NCBI GenBank assembly: GCA_964016885.1
Contig: OZ024744.1
Location: 71,486,001-71,550,000 of the forward strand
DNA length: 64,000 nucleotides
Source: Eledone cirrhosa
Taxonomy: Eukaryota
Reading direction: 5' to 3'
The position numbers were made by a program, and so were the translations under genes. Positions 26,988 through 40,602 of the stretch are shown in pieces. Under the pieces are notes generated by a model, which was not told the origin of the DNA, did no database searches, and saw nothing but the letters and a program-made list of their open reading frames with translations. How positions within the stretch are numbered: the stretch's first letter is position 1; each line of letters begins with the position of its first letter.

Positions 26988-29820
26988 CATATTTGTGTAT
27001 ATATATATATCTATGCACACACACATAATGTGCGCCTACATACCTCTCCTTGTCCTCCCCCTCTTTCCTTTCAGTTTACTATATTTCATCAGCCTGTCAC
27101 CCACCTTATGGAATGTCACTCTGCTGACCACTGGCTGCTGGTTTCTATCTTCTGAGGTATTTTTTGCCCACCATTTAGCTGTTTTAACGGCTGTTCTAGC
27201 GATGAGTTTTCTAATTTTTATATGTATTTTATATGTATTTAAATTACAAATCTTCCATTAATAAATTACATTGTTATTGTTTAGTATCGGGTTGTCTTTG
27301 ATCACGCAGGCCTATGATCAAATGTATTCCAGCAATAACCATTCCATTTTATTCCAGTTAAATTATATCTAGGGCTACATTTTCCAATATATTCTTCCTT
27401 TTTAAAAATAGAAGGGTATAACGAGTGAGATTTGATTCTTTTTAAAGCAAGTTAAATGATTACATATAAGCTCTTTAATTATTGGTGATGATGATGATGA
27501 TGATTTCCACAGTGGGAATTATCGGGACAATAACTTTGGTTCTTGCTTATCCCAGGTCATCTCTATCAGAGAAGTCTAAATCAAATATATTCCAGTCGTG
27601 ATTATCTTGCCTTTTATTCAGTCAGTGTATTTATCCTAGGATGACCTTAGTCACAGTAGCTAAAACGAACTAAAACACTAAAGGACTACTCTAAACAATG
27701 TATCCTATCTTCCTTTTAACACGGTAGTGTGGAATTTGAGGAACAGTTAGCTGTTTTTTCTAACATTTATATATATATATATTTGGTGAATGGAAATAGA
27801 ATCACAGGAAAACAGAATAAAATCACATTTTATTAAAAAAAGGTAATTTATTTAAAACAGTGAAAACATATCTATGAAGATATTAAAACAACACTGAAGA
27901 TAAACAAATACCACTTTAAATTACATCATAAAATTAATTTTTTGATAATTTTTAAGAATCCAATATCAGTTCTCTACATTACCATATTGAAACTGATTAA
28001 GGCATTATCTTTTAGAGGAAGCGAATTAAACATTTAAAGAAAAACACAATAAAAGAGCTAAAGTTATATATATATATATAGGAAAATGTTTAACCCCCGA
28101 CGGCAGAGCTCAAGCCGTTTCGACGACTATTTCTGGCGTTATGGTCCATCTGGTTCCTTACCACACTTCCTTCGTTATATAAATATATATATATATATAT
28201 ACATATGCATTCGTATATATGTATACTGTGTTTGCATTATGACATTACACCTGTGACATTTTCTATTATGACTTTTCCTTGTAACAGTTTTTTTTATGGT
28301 TTTATCTGGAATAAGGTATTATGCACATGGACTTTGCAGGTACCCTGAAGCCAGTACGTTCGGCATAGTTTATTCCTTTCTACAGTGCTAGTTGACGGCT
28401 ACAGGAAAATTTAGGTTATATATGTACGTTGTTCTATAGTGCAAACAGAATAAACATCACTACTGCTGGGGTTTCAATAATTTATGCCAAGAAAGCATCA
28501 AATATTCTTAGTGATAGTGGCTTCAATACAACTTCACACTGATTAATTAAGAGTAAGAAACGTAATAACAACCCCCTTTTTTTCTGTTTACAGTGAGATT
28601 GTATACGTACAAGTACAGTTTTTAAGACAGAATCTGTTTATATATGCAGTGACGGCTAATATCTCTAGACTTATCTTATATCACATCATTGTATTATTAA
28701 ATACAGACACGCACACATTCGCATACACATATTCACACACCACATAGAAACACTCACACTCACATATACATATTCGCATGCGTACAACATTAAATATATA
28801 CGCATGGTGTCGTCAATGACAAAATGTATTCACAGGGAAACAATAAAATAAAATATAACTATTTATTTATATAGTTTTTGATTTTCTAATCTAAAAAAAC
28901 AACAACAAAACAACTTATACTCAACAATGTAGCGTTATTCAGACTGGATTGAATAAATTATTTCTTCCCACTTGGAATTCTTCTTCAATAATCCTATATA
29001 ACACTAACAATAGGAAGACCAACATCCTGAAGAACAACAATTCTAGCTATTAGTAATGTGAACTATCAAAATCGACGAAAGCAGATCGATAAGATCAGTC
29101 CTATTAAAAGGCTGAAAACATTTTCTAGAAACCAGAAAAAGTGATTAAAAAAAAACATTAAGGCAAAATTGAAAATCTGTCACAGATGCCGATTGTTATT
29201 TCAGCTCCTATAATATCAGTTGATTTTAAAAAGATGTCCAAAACCATCCAAAAGCTGCTATAGAAGGTATCGATAAAATTCTAAACAAATCAATGACATT
29301 ATCGTCATCATCACCCACCACAAGCACCAAACAGTACTCATATAACTCCAAATAGAAACCATCCAACTGAAATAATTCAAGAGCAGATACAGAGATTAAA
29401 AACAATCTGAAACTATAGTTTGAGGAAAATTTTTTTTCGATTTGCCTAAAATAGTATTAGATAACAAACCTGTTTTTGACGGAAATGGAGTCTATATGAA
29501 TATATGTGGTATTAGGTATTGGACAATCAATAATATTTTATATACAACTGCTTTCATTCTGTAAGAACATTCAAAAAATATGCATAGAGTACACATGTGC
29601 ATGAAATTACCCAATATATGCCAATCATGTGAATAAGAAAACTAGAGGAAAAATTAAGAATCCGTACCGCTGAATAAGAAATATAAATACGGTAAGTTCT
29701 ATAAAGTGAATAATAATTTTACTGCACGCAAAGTACATCTTAGGAAAGAAAATACAAACGAATTCATAAGAGAAAACTTGAAATCATGAATTCATGATGC
29801 TGAGTGGAGATCTCTAATAC

Positions 29821-30045
<225 letters not shown>

Positions 30046-30520
30046 CTACTACTTCACTTTAATATTTCAGCATTAACTACTACTTTGCTTCGAAGTCACA
30101 TAGTGTACGTATATTGAATAATATCATAAAACAACATCGCAGGAAAAAAATTATTTTCTGTAAAACTAAATCCATTAGTCTAAGGTTTGGAATAGTATAA
30201 AGAAATATTACGAGCATAATGCATATATGACTGACAACAACAAAGAAAGAATATTCGACAGTAAACCATACGTCAAAAACTGTCTAAAATTTCATTGAAG
30301 CTGTGGGGAAGCTAGTGTGCCAATCAAATCCATGGTCTTCACACTCCCGTTGAAGGAGCATCTCTCTCTCTGGTTGATCTCCACCACTTCTATTTGGTTT
30401 TGGTCATGTCAGGCGTGTAGCTCTACTTACCACACTTGGTCAAATGCGGGTAGGCGAGGCTATTTAACCATTAGTTGGAGTGTATGGCCGTAGACCTTGG
30501 CCGCACCCCCAGCAATGCGC

Positions 30521-30552
<32 letters not shown>

Positions 30553-30559
30553 CATATGA

Positions 30560-30674
<115 letters not shown>

Positions 30675-31129
30675 AAAGTAAGTCCATAGAATCATTTGAT
30701 AAAATATATACAGTATTTCTTCTCCCAATCAGCATAATTAACCCCATAAAAAATCATTTAAACGAGGCTAAAATGTACCTATGAAGAAATAATAGATAAA
30801 TAAATGATAGCTTTTTATCCGCGATCCACAGCCACAGAAGATTTACCTAGTATTTCTAATAGCCCGTAGAAATTGACTAGACATATAGTTAACCATACAC
30901 AATTAGGTACAAAATCAAAGTTAGAAGAAAAAATGTACATGATACGGGTTTCGATGCCAATAAGATCTATATTATTATATAAATTATTATCTCATACTGC
31001 CGGGTAATAATTTCCATGCATCTCCTCAAAGAAGATTCGAAAGAATAACTATATTAAAGCTGCGGAGCAAGTTTAAAGCAGTTACGTACACATAACCCCC
31101 ATGGATACCCTCCCACACACATATATACA

Positions 31130-31445
31130 AACATATGTACGCAAACACAAACATTTCCGTACTTACAAACATACATATATATACATATACACATGCATGC
31201 ATCCGCCAATGTAAGTTCATTTTGGTTGTCTTGAAAGCTTGACAAAATTAGTGTAAGATGTTAGAAGGTCACCCTAACCCTAACCCATGCATACCCTCCT
31301 ACACACACAGATATACATACATATAAACGCAAACACATACATTTCCGTACTTACAAACATACACATGCATGTATCCGCCAATGTAAGTTCATTTTGGTTG
31401 TCTTAGAAACTTGACAAAATTGTGTAAGTTGTTAGTTGGTCACTA
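31130..31445. repeat. Local direct duplication of about 120 bp
   Basis: acatttccgtacttacaaacatac...atccgccaatgtaagttcattttggttgtctt...gacaaaatt occurs twice. Confidence 0.8.
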
Positions 31446-32356
31446 GTGTTCTGGAATTTGGAATTTGGCCAATCTGTGGTGAGCATGGGTCATTAGATAA
31501 ATAGAGAGTGGTCATTAGTGTAACATTATGTTGACCAATGGTAATCATAGAAGGTTAACGAAATACATTAGGTGGTTCTGGGATATTTAGTTTGTTGGTA
31601 TTTGGCCAATCATTGGTCTTCTGGCTTTCAATATTTGAAATTTTACTTTTGTTATTTTACTTTACTTGTTCCCCTTTTTTTCTTTTTTTCTTTTAGTTTT
31701 TAGTTTTTTTCTTTGTTATTACTTGTCGCACTAGCTCTTTTTGATTACCAACTGTAAGGAGTACTCGATACTTCCCATAGTCTGACATGGCTTACTAGCT
31801 CTATACGGACGTTTAAATAAAATAAATATATAAATAAATAAATGGGGAGTGGTTACAAGTGCAAATCAATCTAATAGTAGAGAAGGAAGTATATGGGAGA
31901 AGGGGTAATGATCTGTACGAAAATAAAAAGGGATGGGAGGGGACATGTGTGCCTGCGTGTATGATATTTCCTTTAAAAATTTGTTGATATAGATAACTTT
32001 TTAAAAAAAGTTATTCTTAGAAACTAAAGCCCTGTATTGGAAAATAACGGCGATGCAAGTTTGTAATATTTCAAAGGTATTTCGTCCATATACATGCATA
32101 TACGTATACACTCACAAATATAGACACAACATAATGTGCACCCCCCGCACACGCATATATATATATTTTATATATTTTATATATATTATATATATATATA
32201 TATATTAGAAAGTGAGGTTTTTTTTACAAAATGAAAAATAACCGAGGTGTCCTACACGAGTGAAAGTATAAAGAAAAAGAGATGAAATCGAAAATGCAAC
32301 TGAAGTCTTATTTTTTTTTTTTTTTTTTTTTTTTAAATATATATATTTATTTGGTT

Positions 32357-32394
32357 CCTTTACCGGTTTCGCAGTTCTTCTGCTTTTCAAAAGG
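32357..32394 (-). ncRNA. Minimal hammerhead, U3-A8 variant; mirror copy at 38085-38122 (+)
   Basis: cctt TTGAAAA gcag aagaa ctgc GAAA ccgg TA aagg. Confidence 0.75.
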
Positions 32395-32924
32395 TGAGTT
32401 GAGATGGAGGGTCTGTGGTTTTTCTCACATCTGGTTGGTCTCTGAATGTTACTTGTTTTATATGGAAAAAGTGGCTCGAAATTCCAGGTTTTTCGAGAAG
32501 TAATTTGATTGGTTTGTCAATAATTATAATAAATTTCGCGCCAGTTCGCGTTACAATAGTTCTTCAAATAAGAGAGGGGGGGGGGGGGGGGAGAGGGTTG
32601 TCACAGGTTGGTTTTTCATATATGAGTGTTTGAATTTCTTTTTACTTGAAACAAAGAGGCTCACGAAGGCTTTTTTTTGGTTGGTTATAAATGAAATTTG
32701 GCTGTCATGTGAACAAGTTTTTATTACATTTTTGCGCCCTTATTTGGAAAACTATTCTGTAGTCTTTATAGTGAATGTTATGACAATGGAGAGATAGTGG
32801 TCAAGAGAAAAGGGATTGGGAGAAATGTTCTGGTTCAGTGAATATGGCCAGCTCGCCGGGGTGTCAGAGTTCAGATTTTCTATTGAGACTGAAGATATGT
32901 ATGTTTATTTGTGTGCTTGTGTGT

Positions 32925-33039
<115 letters not shown>

Positions 33040-33520
33040 TATTGGAAGATGATTCTATTAGTAGAGATGGGGGAGGGAGTTGTGTGTGTGTGTATATGGG
33101 TGTTATGTGTGTGTGTGCGAGTATGTTAAGATGGAGAGAATATATATTTTGTGTGTGTATATATATATGTGTGTAGGAAAGTGGTTCTATTAGTAGAAAT
33201 GGGGAGGGAGTTGTAGGTGTGGGGGTTGTTATGTGTGTGTATGGGTGTTATGTGTGTGGGAGTATGGTTAGCATGTTAAGATGAAGAGAATATATATATA
33301 TATATATATTGTGTGTGTGTGTATGTGTGTGTGTAGGAAAGTGATTCCTTTAGTAGGAATATTTTTGAATGAACATATTTTCCTTACTTTTTTGTGTTTG
33401 CTGTTGTATTGCCAGTGCAAACGTATGTTAAGGTTTATTTATTTCGGGTTTTTATTTTCTAAAGTAGAAGGTGTTATGTGTGTGTGTGTATGTCATATTG
33501 CGGTGTTGACATAATGTATA

Positions 33521-35848
33521 TTAAACCTTATTTACTGTTGGTCTATATTTTTGAATAAACATATTTTCCTTATTTATTCGCATTTGTTCTGTTGTATTGT
33601 TAGCGCAAAGGTAAAATGGGAAGACTTGGAATTTGGGTGTCTTATTACTTGCGCAAATGTCTAGATGTGCACTTAGTGGTATTTGTCTCGTGGTTGGATC
33701 TCGTAATTGTTGGCGATGAACTGTCATTCTGTTTCTGAGTGTGAGTTTAGTTTGTCCTATATAATCTTCATTGCATCCTTTACATTTAATGGCATAAATT
33801 AGATTTTTTGATGAGCAAGTGAAGTGATTTTTTACAGTAAAATTTTGTTCTGATTTAAATGTATACGTGTTGCCTTCAATGAGGTGAGTGCAGGTTCCAC
33901 AATTAGAGCGACCACATTTTTTGATACTTGGTTGTGGGTTTGTGGTAGGTAATTTGGCATTGGTGAGTAATGTTTTCAGTGATTTTGGTTGTCTTTTGCT
34001 TTTGATTATTTTGTGTGTTTCAAGGGCTTTTTTCATTCTTGGGTTTTGTTTTAGTAGTGGGATGTTATTGTGAATAGTGTTGTAAGCTTCCGCATTTCTT
34101 GGGTTGTGTGTTGAGATATATGATAGAATATTGGACGTACCTTGAATTTGTTTCTGTTTCCGTAATTCATCAATGCCTATTGCTTTAGCCCTTTCTATTC
34201 CATTATTTATTAGTAATAGTGGGTACTCTCTCTCAAGTAGAATTTCCTTTAATTCTTGAAGTCTTTTATTTCGCGTTTCATAATTGGAGACAATTGTGCA
34301 AATTCTTCTTGCTAGGTTAAAAGGAATGTTCGTCTTCGTGTGCTTTGGATGGTTGGAGGTGAATAGCAGATATTGTTTGGAATCTGTTGGTTTGTAGTGT
34401 ATGTCAGTTTCGATATTTGTGTCTTTTTTTGTGATTAAGATGTCCAGAAATGGGAGTTGATCTTGGCTGTATTCCATTGTGAATTGGATGTGGTTATTGA
34501 TGCCGTTTATTAAGTTTTTGAAATCCTTCAGTTGGTCGAGTGTGTGGGACCAAAGAATGAGGCAATCATCCAAGTAGCGTTTCCAATTCTCTGATAAATA
34601 TTTGTGGAAGTTCAATCCGTATTTTGATTTGGACTGTTCATATATCTGGACTTCTAAGTATGCCATGACTAAGTTGGCATAAGTTGGAGCGGCTTTTGTG
34701 CCCATCGCAGTCCCCGATATTTGCTTGTAAGTATTGCCATCGAAATCAAAAAAGTTGTTCTGTAGGATGAATTTTAATCCCTCGGTGATGAAGCTTTTTT
34801 CTATTCTGTCAGGTATCTCATTGGGATATTTCTCTAGCCAGAATCCTATTGCTTCTAGTCCGTATTGGTGTGGGATCGTTGTGTAGAGATTCACTACATC
34901 GAAAGACACAATAATAGTGTCGTTGTTGACATGTTTGGGGAGGTGGTTTAAGAGGTCCAGATCGTCTCTTACAAGGCTTGGTATGTGTTTCAGTATTGGT
35001 TTCAGTAGTATGTCTATAAAGTTGCTCAATCTGTGTGTTTCACATTGTGGGCCCGCTACAATTGGTCTTAATTTAAGGTCTGTGGGGTATTGTGTGTTCA
35101 CGCAGGCTGAGGTGGATTGTTTACAGGCATCGTTGATTATTTTACATTTGTGGATCTTCGGAAGTCCGTAAAGGTTGCTGGTTTTGTATTCAAAATTTGT
35201 TAAATAATCGCGTTCCTTTTTAGTTAGGTCTTCCTGGTATCGATAAATCAGTGTGTTTAATTTGGTCATTATTTTTGATTGCTGGTAGTTTTTTACTCTT
35301 TCATAGTAATTAGTATTTTGTAAGAGAGAGAACATAGAATTTTTATATTTTTCAGCCTCCATAATGACAACAGTACTTCCCTTGTCCGCTTCCTTAATTA
35401 CAATGTCCGTATTGTTTTTTAGTTCATGGATAATCTCCCATTCCCTTCGACTTGTGTTGGGTTTGGGTTTAGGTTGCGGTAGTTCATGGTATGGGAAAGT
35501 AGCTATGTGGTCACAAAATTTGTCCAGAACTCTGTTTCTACCTTTTGTTGGGTTGTAGCTGCTTTTATTCCGTACAATTGATTCGTCGTTATTCTCCTTG
35601 TCAAAGAATTCCTCTGTGAGACGTAATTTTCTACAGAAGTGTGAGATATCGTCATTTATCTCGTTGGGGTTAGGGTATTGTGGTGTTGGTGTGAATTTCA
35701 GACCTTTGGAGAGAATTTTTACTTGTTGGGCTGAGAGGTTTGTATTTGAAATGTTAATTATTTTCGGTTTTTCAACATCGGTTTGTGCTACCGGGTGTCG
35801 TGAGTCCTGTAGCCTTGGTCTAAAAAAAGGTTTTTTTGGAATGTTTTT
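33521..35848 (-). CDS. PLE ORF2: reverse transcriptase plus GIY-YIG endonuclease; frame open from 35848, first ATG only at 35362
   Basis: Hand translation of 35848-35363 has no stop: IINISNTNLS..ILSKGLKFTPTP...IVIKEADKGSTVVIM; then YGLPKIHK, RPIV, SFDVVNLYT, GTAMG, RYLDD, PFLD, CxxxxCxxC, IYAIKC..YIGQT. Confidence 0.93.
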   Translation of the reverse strand, partial: KNIPKKPFFRPRLQDSRHPVAQTDVEKPKIINISNTNLSAQQVKILSKGLKFTPTPQYPNPNEINDDISHFCRKLRLTEEFFDKENNDESIVRNKSSYNPTKGRNRVLDKFCDHIATFPYHELPQPKPKPNTSRREWEIIHELKNNTDIVIKEADKGSTVVIMEAEKYKNSMFSLLQNTNYYERVKNYQQSKIMTKLNTLIYRYQEDLTKKERDYLTNFEYKTSNLYGLPKIHKCKIINDACKQSTSACVNTQYPTDLKLRPIVAGPQCETHRLSNFIDILLKPILKHIPSLVRDDLDLLNHLPKHVNNDTIIVSFDVVNLYTTIPHQYGLEAIGFWLEKYPNEIPDRIEKSFITEGLKFILQNNFFDFDGNTYKQISGTAMGTKAAPTYANLVMAYLEVQIYEQSKSKYGLNFHKYLSENWKRYLDDCLILWSHTLDQLKDFKNLINGINNHIQFTMEYSQDQLPFLDILITKKDTNIETDIHYKPTDSKQYLLFTSNHPKHTKTNIPFNLARRICTIVSNYETRNKRLQELKEILLEREYPLLLINNGIERAKAIGIDELRKQKQIQGTSNILSYISTHNPRNAEAYNTIHNNIPLLKQNPRMKKALETHKIIKSKRQPKSLKTLLTNAKLPTTNPQPSIKKCGRSNCGTCTHLIEGNTYTFKSEQNFTVKNHFTCSSKNLIYAIKCKGCNEDYIGQTKLTLRNRMTVHRQQLRDPTTRQIPLSAHLDICASNKTPKFQVFPFYLCANNTTEQMRINKENMFIQKYRPTVNKV
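35787..35836 (-). promoter_or_regulatory. Putative -1 programmed ribosomal frameshift signal
   Basis: In-frame CAA AAA AAC CTT TTT TTA, 7-nt spacer, then hairpin GCUAC-A-GG...CC-G-GUAGC. Confidence 0.7.
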
Positions 35849-36960
35849 TCATTGGTATTATTATATCTAATGGTATTTCCCCTGTTGTTGTGTGGTCTTG
35901 TATAGAAGTTTCGGACGTATTGAGGTTCGGTTTGTTGATAGTCCGGGTTGTAGATTTGGTTCCTTTGTGTGGGTTGGGATCTACGGTTTTGGAACAGGCT
36001 CTGTGTGGGCAGGGGTCTACGGTTTTGGAATAGGTTTTGTGTGGGTTGTGATCTGCGGATCAGGTCCTGCCTTGTGTTCGGGGATCTTTGGTTTTTGTTA
36101 GTAGGGTTATAGTTTTGTCTATGGTTTCTGGGATTATCGTTATAGTTTTGCTGGGGGTATGTTGGACGTTTTGTTACTTTTTTTGTTATTTGTTGTGCAT
36201 GTGGTGTGTGAGTTTTAGTTTGTTTTAAAAATGGTTTACCTGTATGTTGTTCATTTTTGAAGTCTATTTCGTAGTTGTTGAACCAGGTGGCGTTTTTTTC
36301 CCATCGCTGGAGGGATGTTAGTTCTTCATCCTCACAGTTTTCTTTCCAAAGTTTTAGGGTTTTTTTGTAGAGTAGGCCTTCAGAGTGCTTTGAGATTTCT
36401 GTATCCATCTGTTGGTCGAGTGACTTGAATTTTTCTTCGTTGGAGTTGGCTCTTAATCGCAACAGTTCTATTTCTGTTTTAAATTTTTCCAATGCCATCT
36501 TTTCCCTAAGTCTTTGTTGGTTTTCTGGTTCATTTGGGATGGGTTTTATTTGGAGTTTTTTGGGGAGGATGATTGGGGTAGAGTTTAGCCACTTTTCATA
36601 TATGTCTGCTTTGCCATTATTCTTTAGGAGATTCCAAAGGGCGAATTTGCGGGTTGTGAGCTTTTGAGTCGATATGTTGATTAGGGTGTTTTTCACTGAG
36701 TGGACATCTCGTAGATTGGGTTCTAACGGTTGTTCAAGCTTTTGGAGCATTGCTGTTTCAATGGTTTCGATTAGCTTAGTTAATACTGGAGTAATATTCG
36801 TCTCTTGGGTATTTTCTGTTTCTTCGTGGGGTCCTTTTTTATAGATGTGTATTTGGTCCACTTTGTTGGTCAAAATTGAGAGTTTAGATGAAATCTCTTT
36901 GAGTTCATTTAAGATGTCCTGGTTCAGTGAGTTGTTGTTTTGTTGAGACTTTGGTGGCAT
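35788..36960 (-). CDS. PLE ORF1, 390 aa; predicted coiled-coil N-terminal part and Q/N/R-rich low-complexity C-terminal part
   Basis: Intact ATG-started ORF; heptad-like segments (ILNELKEISSKLSILTNKVDQI; LEKFKTEIELLRLRA); repeated RRSQPTQ.LFQN. Confidence 0.85.
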   Translation of the reverse strand: MPPKSQQNNNSLNQDILNELKEISSKLSILTNKVDQIHIYKKGPHEETENTQETNITPVLTKLIETIETAMLQKLEQPLEPNLRDVHSVKNTLINISTQKLTTRKFALWNLLKNNGKADIYEKWLNSTPIILPKKLQIKPIPNEPENQQRLREKMALEKFKTEIELLRLRANSNEEKFKSLDQQMDTEISKHSEGLLYKKTLKLWKENCEDEELTSLQRWEKNATWFNNYEIDFKNEQHTGKPFLKQTKTHTPHAQQITKKVTKRPTYPQQNYNDNPRNHRQNYNPTNKNQRSPNTRQDLIRRSQPTQNLFQNRRPLPTQSLFQNRRSQPTQRNQIYNPDYQQTEPQYVRNFYTRPHNNRGNTIRYNNTNEKTFQKNLFLDQGYRTHDTR

Positions 36961-37435
36961 TTTCGGTCTTCGTGTCGTGGGTATATATTAGAAAGTGAGG
37001 TTTTTTTTACAAAATAAAAATAAAAACCCGAAATAAATAAACCTTAACATACGTTTGCACTGGCAATACAACAGCAAACACAAAAAAGTAAGGAAAATAT
37101 GTTCATTCAAAAATATTCCTACTAAAGGAATCACTTTCCTACACACACACATACACACACACACAATATATATATATATATATTCTCTTCATCTTAACAT
37201 GCTAACCATACTCCCACACACATAACACCCATACACACACATAACAACCCCCACACCTACAACTCCCTCCCCGTTTCTACTAATAGAACCACTTTCCTAC
37301 ACACATATATATATACACACACACAAAATATATATTCTCTCCATCTTAACATACTCGCACACACACACATAACACCCATATACACACACACACAACTCCC
37401 TCCCCCATCTCTACTAATAGAATCATCTTCCAATA

Positions 37436-37544
<109 letters not shown>

Positions 37545-38206
37545 ACACACACACATACACACACACAAGCACACAAATAAACATACATATCTTCAGTCTC
37601 AATAGAAAATCTGAACTCTGACACCCCGGCGAGCTGGCCATATTCACTGAACCAGAACATTTCTCCCAATCCCTTTTCTCTTGACCACTATCTCTCCATT
37701 GTCATAACATTCACTATAAAGACTACAGAATAGTTTTCCAAATAAGGGCGCAAAAATGTAATAAAAACTTGTTCACATGACAGCCAAATTTCATTTATAA
37801 CCAACCAAAAAAAAGCCTTCGTGAGCCTCTTTGTTTCAAGTAAAAAGAAATTCAAACACTCATATATGAAAAACCAACCTGTGACAACCCTCTCCCCCCC
37901 CCCTCTCTTATTTGAAGAACTATTGTAACGCGAACTGGCGCGAAATTTATTATAATTATTGACAAACCAATCAAATTACTTCTCGAAAAACCTGGAATTT
38001 CGAGCCACTTTTTCCATATAAAACAAGTAACATTCAGAGACCAACCAGATGTGAGAAAAACCACAGACCCTCCATCTCAACTCACCTTTTGAAAAGCAGA
38101 AGAACTGCGAAACCGGTAAAGGAACCAAATAAATATATATATTTAAAAAAAAAAAAAAAAAAAAAAAAATAAGACTTCAGTTGCATTTTCGATTTCATCT
38201 CTTTTT

Positions 38207-38282
<76 letters not shown>

Positions 38283-39544
38283 ATAATAATAAATTTGAAG
38301 ACTAAAATCCAAAGAGGGCACGATAAGGATAAATATATATCAAATATATAAGAACCGTAGAACAAATATTTATTAAAATAAAAGATTAAAGTTTAAGCAA
38401 AGAATCGCTGCTTTCACCCTTAACGGGATCTTCTGAAACTAACAAAGTCAATCTGTGAACGCAGAAGTGAATATTTCAAAAAACGTTGCAACCGGAGGAA
38501 GACAGGAAGACGATACTTTGGTTCGTGGAAACGTTCCCTGGCAAAGAACGGGAAAAAATGAATATAATACGTCATTATTTGGAGCGGTGAAAAACAATTA
38601 TACGCAAAGACAAAACCACGTTTATGATATAAAAGAAGTCGTAGACTAATATCCTATTAGGTGGTTCATAGAGACGTTCTCTGGCAATGAACGGGAAAAA
38701 CGAAGATAATACGTCATATGTGGAGCGGGGAGAACAATTGCACGCAAAGACAAAACCACGTAAATGGTATAACTGAAGTCGTAGACTAAAATTCTAACTA
38801 GGAAACCGAATGATTTTCGGCTTCAGAGTTAAGAATAAAGTAAATAAAATACAGAGGTAATTGAAATTAAATAAATACATACACGCATCCATATACGTAC
38901 ATACACAAGCATACGCGAAAACACTCGCCACAGGTATACAAATACACGCACGTACACAAAAAAACCCCCGCACGCACATACAGAACCCACACAACGCCTG
39001 TACCCGGACGCATACGAATGTATACACCAAATACGCATAAAAATATATATATAAAAAAAAATATATATATATGTGTGTGTGTGTGCATGTATACATATAA
39101 TTAAATAAACGTATATAAATAAATAAATACGTATATAACAAGAGCGCACACACATACCTACATGTAAATACACATATGTTCGGAGACGTACGTCAACCAA
39201 AACACAAAGTACACATATACACACACCCTATATACGTACGAACCGGCATACTCACACAGACGCAAAACTCACGTATACACATAACCAAAAGCATATGTAC
39301 CAGAATATATAATATATACGCCATAACATATACAATCAAATATACGTACGAGAAAGTATACGTACCGTCACAAAACATCCGATACATAAGTCGGATATAA
39401 TAGAATAGATAACCGCACCAAAGATCACGACCCCGGCGACGGTGAACACTGTAGATTACTCGAACTATTCCCCTATTACAAAACCAACAAAGGCGACGGC
39501 CTACTACCAACGCCTTCCAACCAACATCTTCGTGTACATAAACA

Positions 39545-40602
39545 TGGAAGAGGTAGGAAGAGTGCACCCGAGCATAAAGTGAAAGGGGCACCGAACGGGC
39601 GACTGCGCATTAACACACATAAGAGCGGTCACCTAGATGGAACCAACCGTAGCAAAAGTACAAGGACACGTAATCGCCACCGTAACGTCTTATGGTTCCA
39701 CCCCCCTACTCTCGGAGTGTGGCCTCCAACATACCCCGGATGTTCTTCGAAGCCTTAGAGAAGAACTTCCCGCCAACCATAGGTATAGAAAAATTCTTAA
39801 TAAGAACAATATAAAAATATCCTTCTCTACTACTCCTAACCTAGCAGACATCATAGGAACAACGAACCACAGTAAGATCACCAAGACACAGCACCTCGAC
39901 ACAGACGCACCTACACCTGACAATAACTATATCGGCCTTAACAACTCCCTGGCAGCATCCAATAGTGTTGGCAACGGCATCCGCAGACGCAACCAGCATA
40001 ACCGCGAAATGACTGGGGAACATGCAGGACATGACGTGCGGAATAACAATCGCACCACCCCGCGTGCTGTGGGTTGTAATGGTACTAACGACAGCTGCGG
40101 TAGCGTAGGTAACAACGTAGGCAGCAACAATGATAGCCTTACCGTGGGAAATAGACGGAACCGCGACAGAAATTGCAACTGCCGCGATAGAGGACGCTGC
40201 CCCCTTAGAGGATATTGCTTGACTGATAGGGTTATATATAGATGCACTATTACCAGCCACAATAGCGTTAAACATTATATAGGGGCTACCTCTGGCCCGT
40301 TCAAAATTAGGTTTCGAACACATCTCGACTCTTTCACAAATAGAAAACTAAGGCACTCCACTTCGCTCGCGGACTACATCACATCACTAAAGGACTTAAA
40401 CATCAGCTTCTCCACGCACTGGGAGATTTTCGGCAGGGCTGCACCGTACAACTTCAAGAGGAAATGCGATCTTTGCCTCATGGAGCTCTACCTCATCATA
40501 ACTGCACCCCACGAGCTCATCAACAGCAGAGCTGAAACAGCGATAAGTTGTACACATCGCTTAAAAATATCCTTCTTCAGATGGGTTAAGGATGAGAAGT
40601 GA
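39545..40602 (+). pseudogene. Naiad-type PLE C-terminal fragment (Zn-knuckle plus GIY-YIG), frameshifted near 39770
   Basis: RNVLWFHPPYSRSV in one frame, then HRYRKILNKNNIKISFS, CNCR..CPLRGYCL, YIGAT..FKIRF, CDLCL. Confidence 0.88.

Noticed and set aside
31271-31286. accctaaccctaaccc telomere-like repeat
   Set aside because: Only about 2.5 units; not significant
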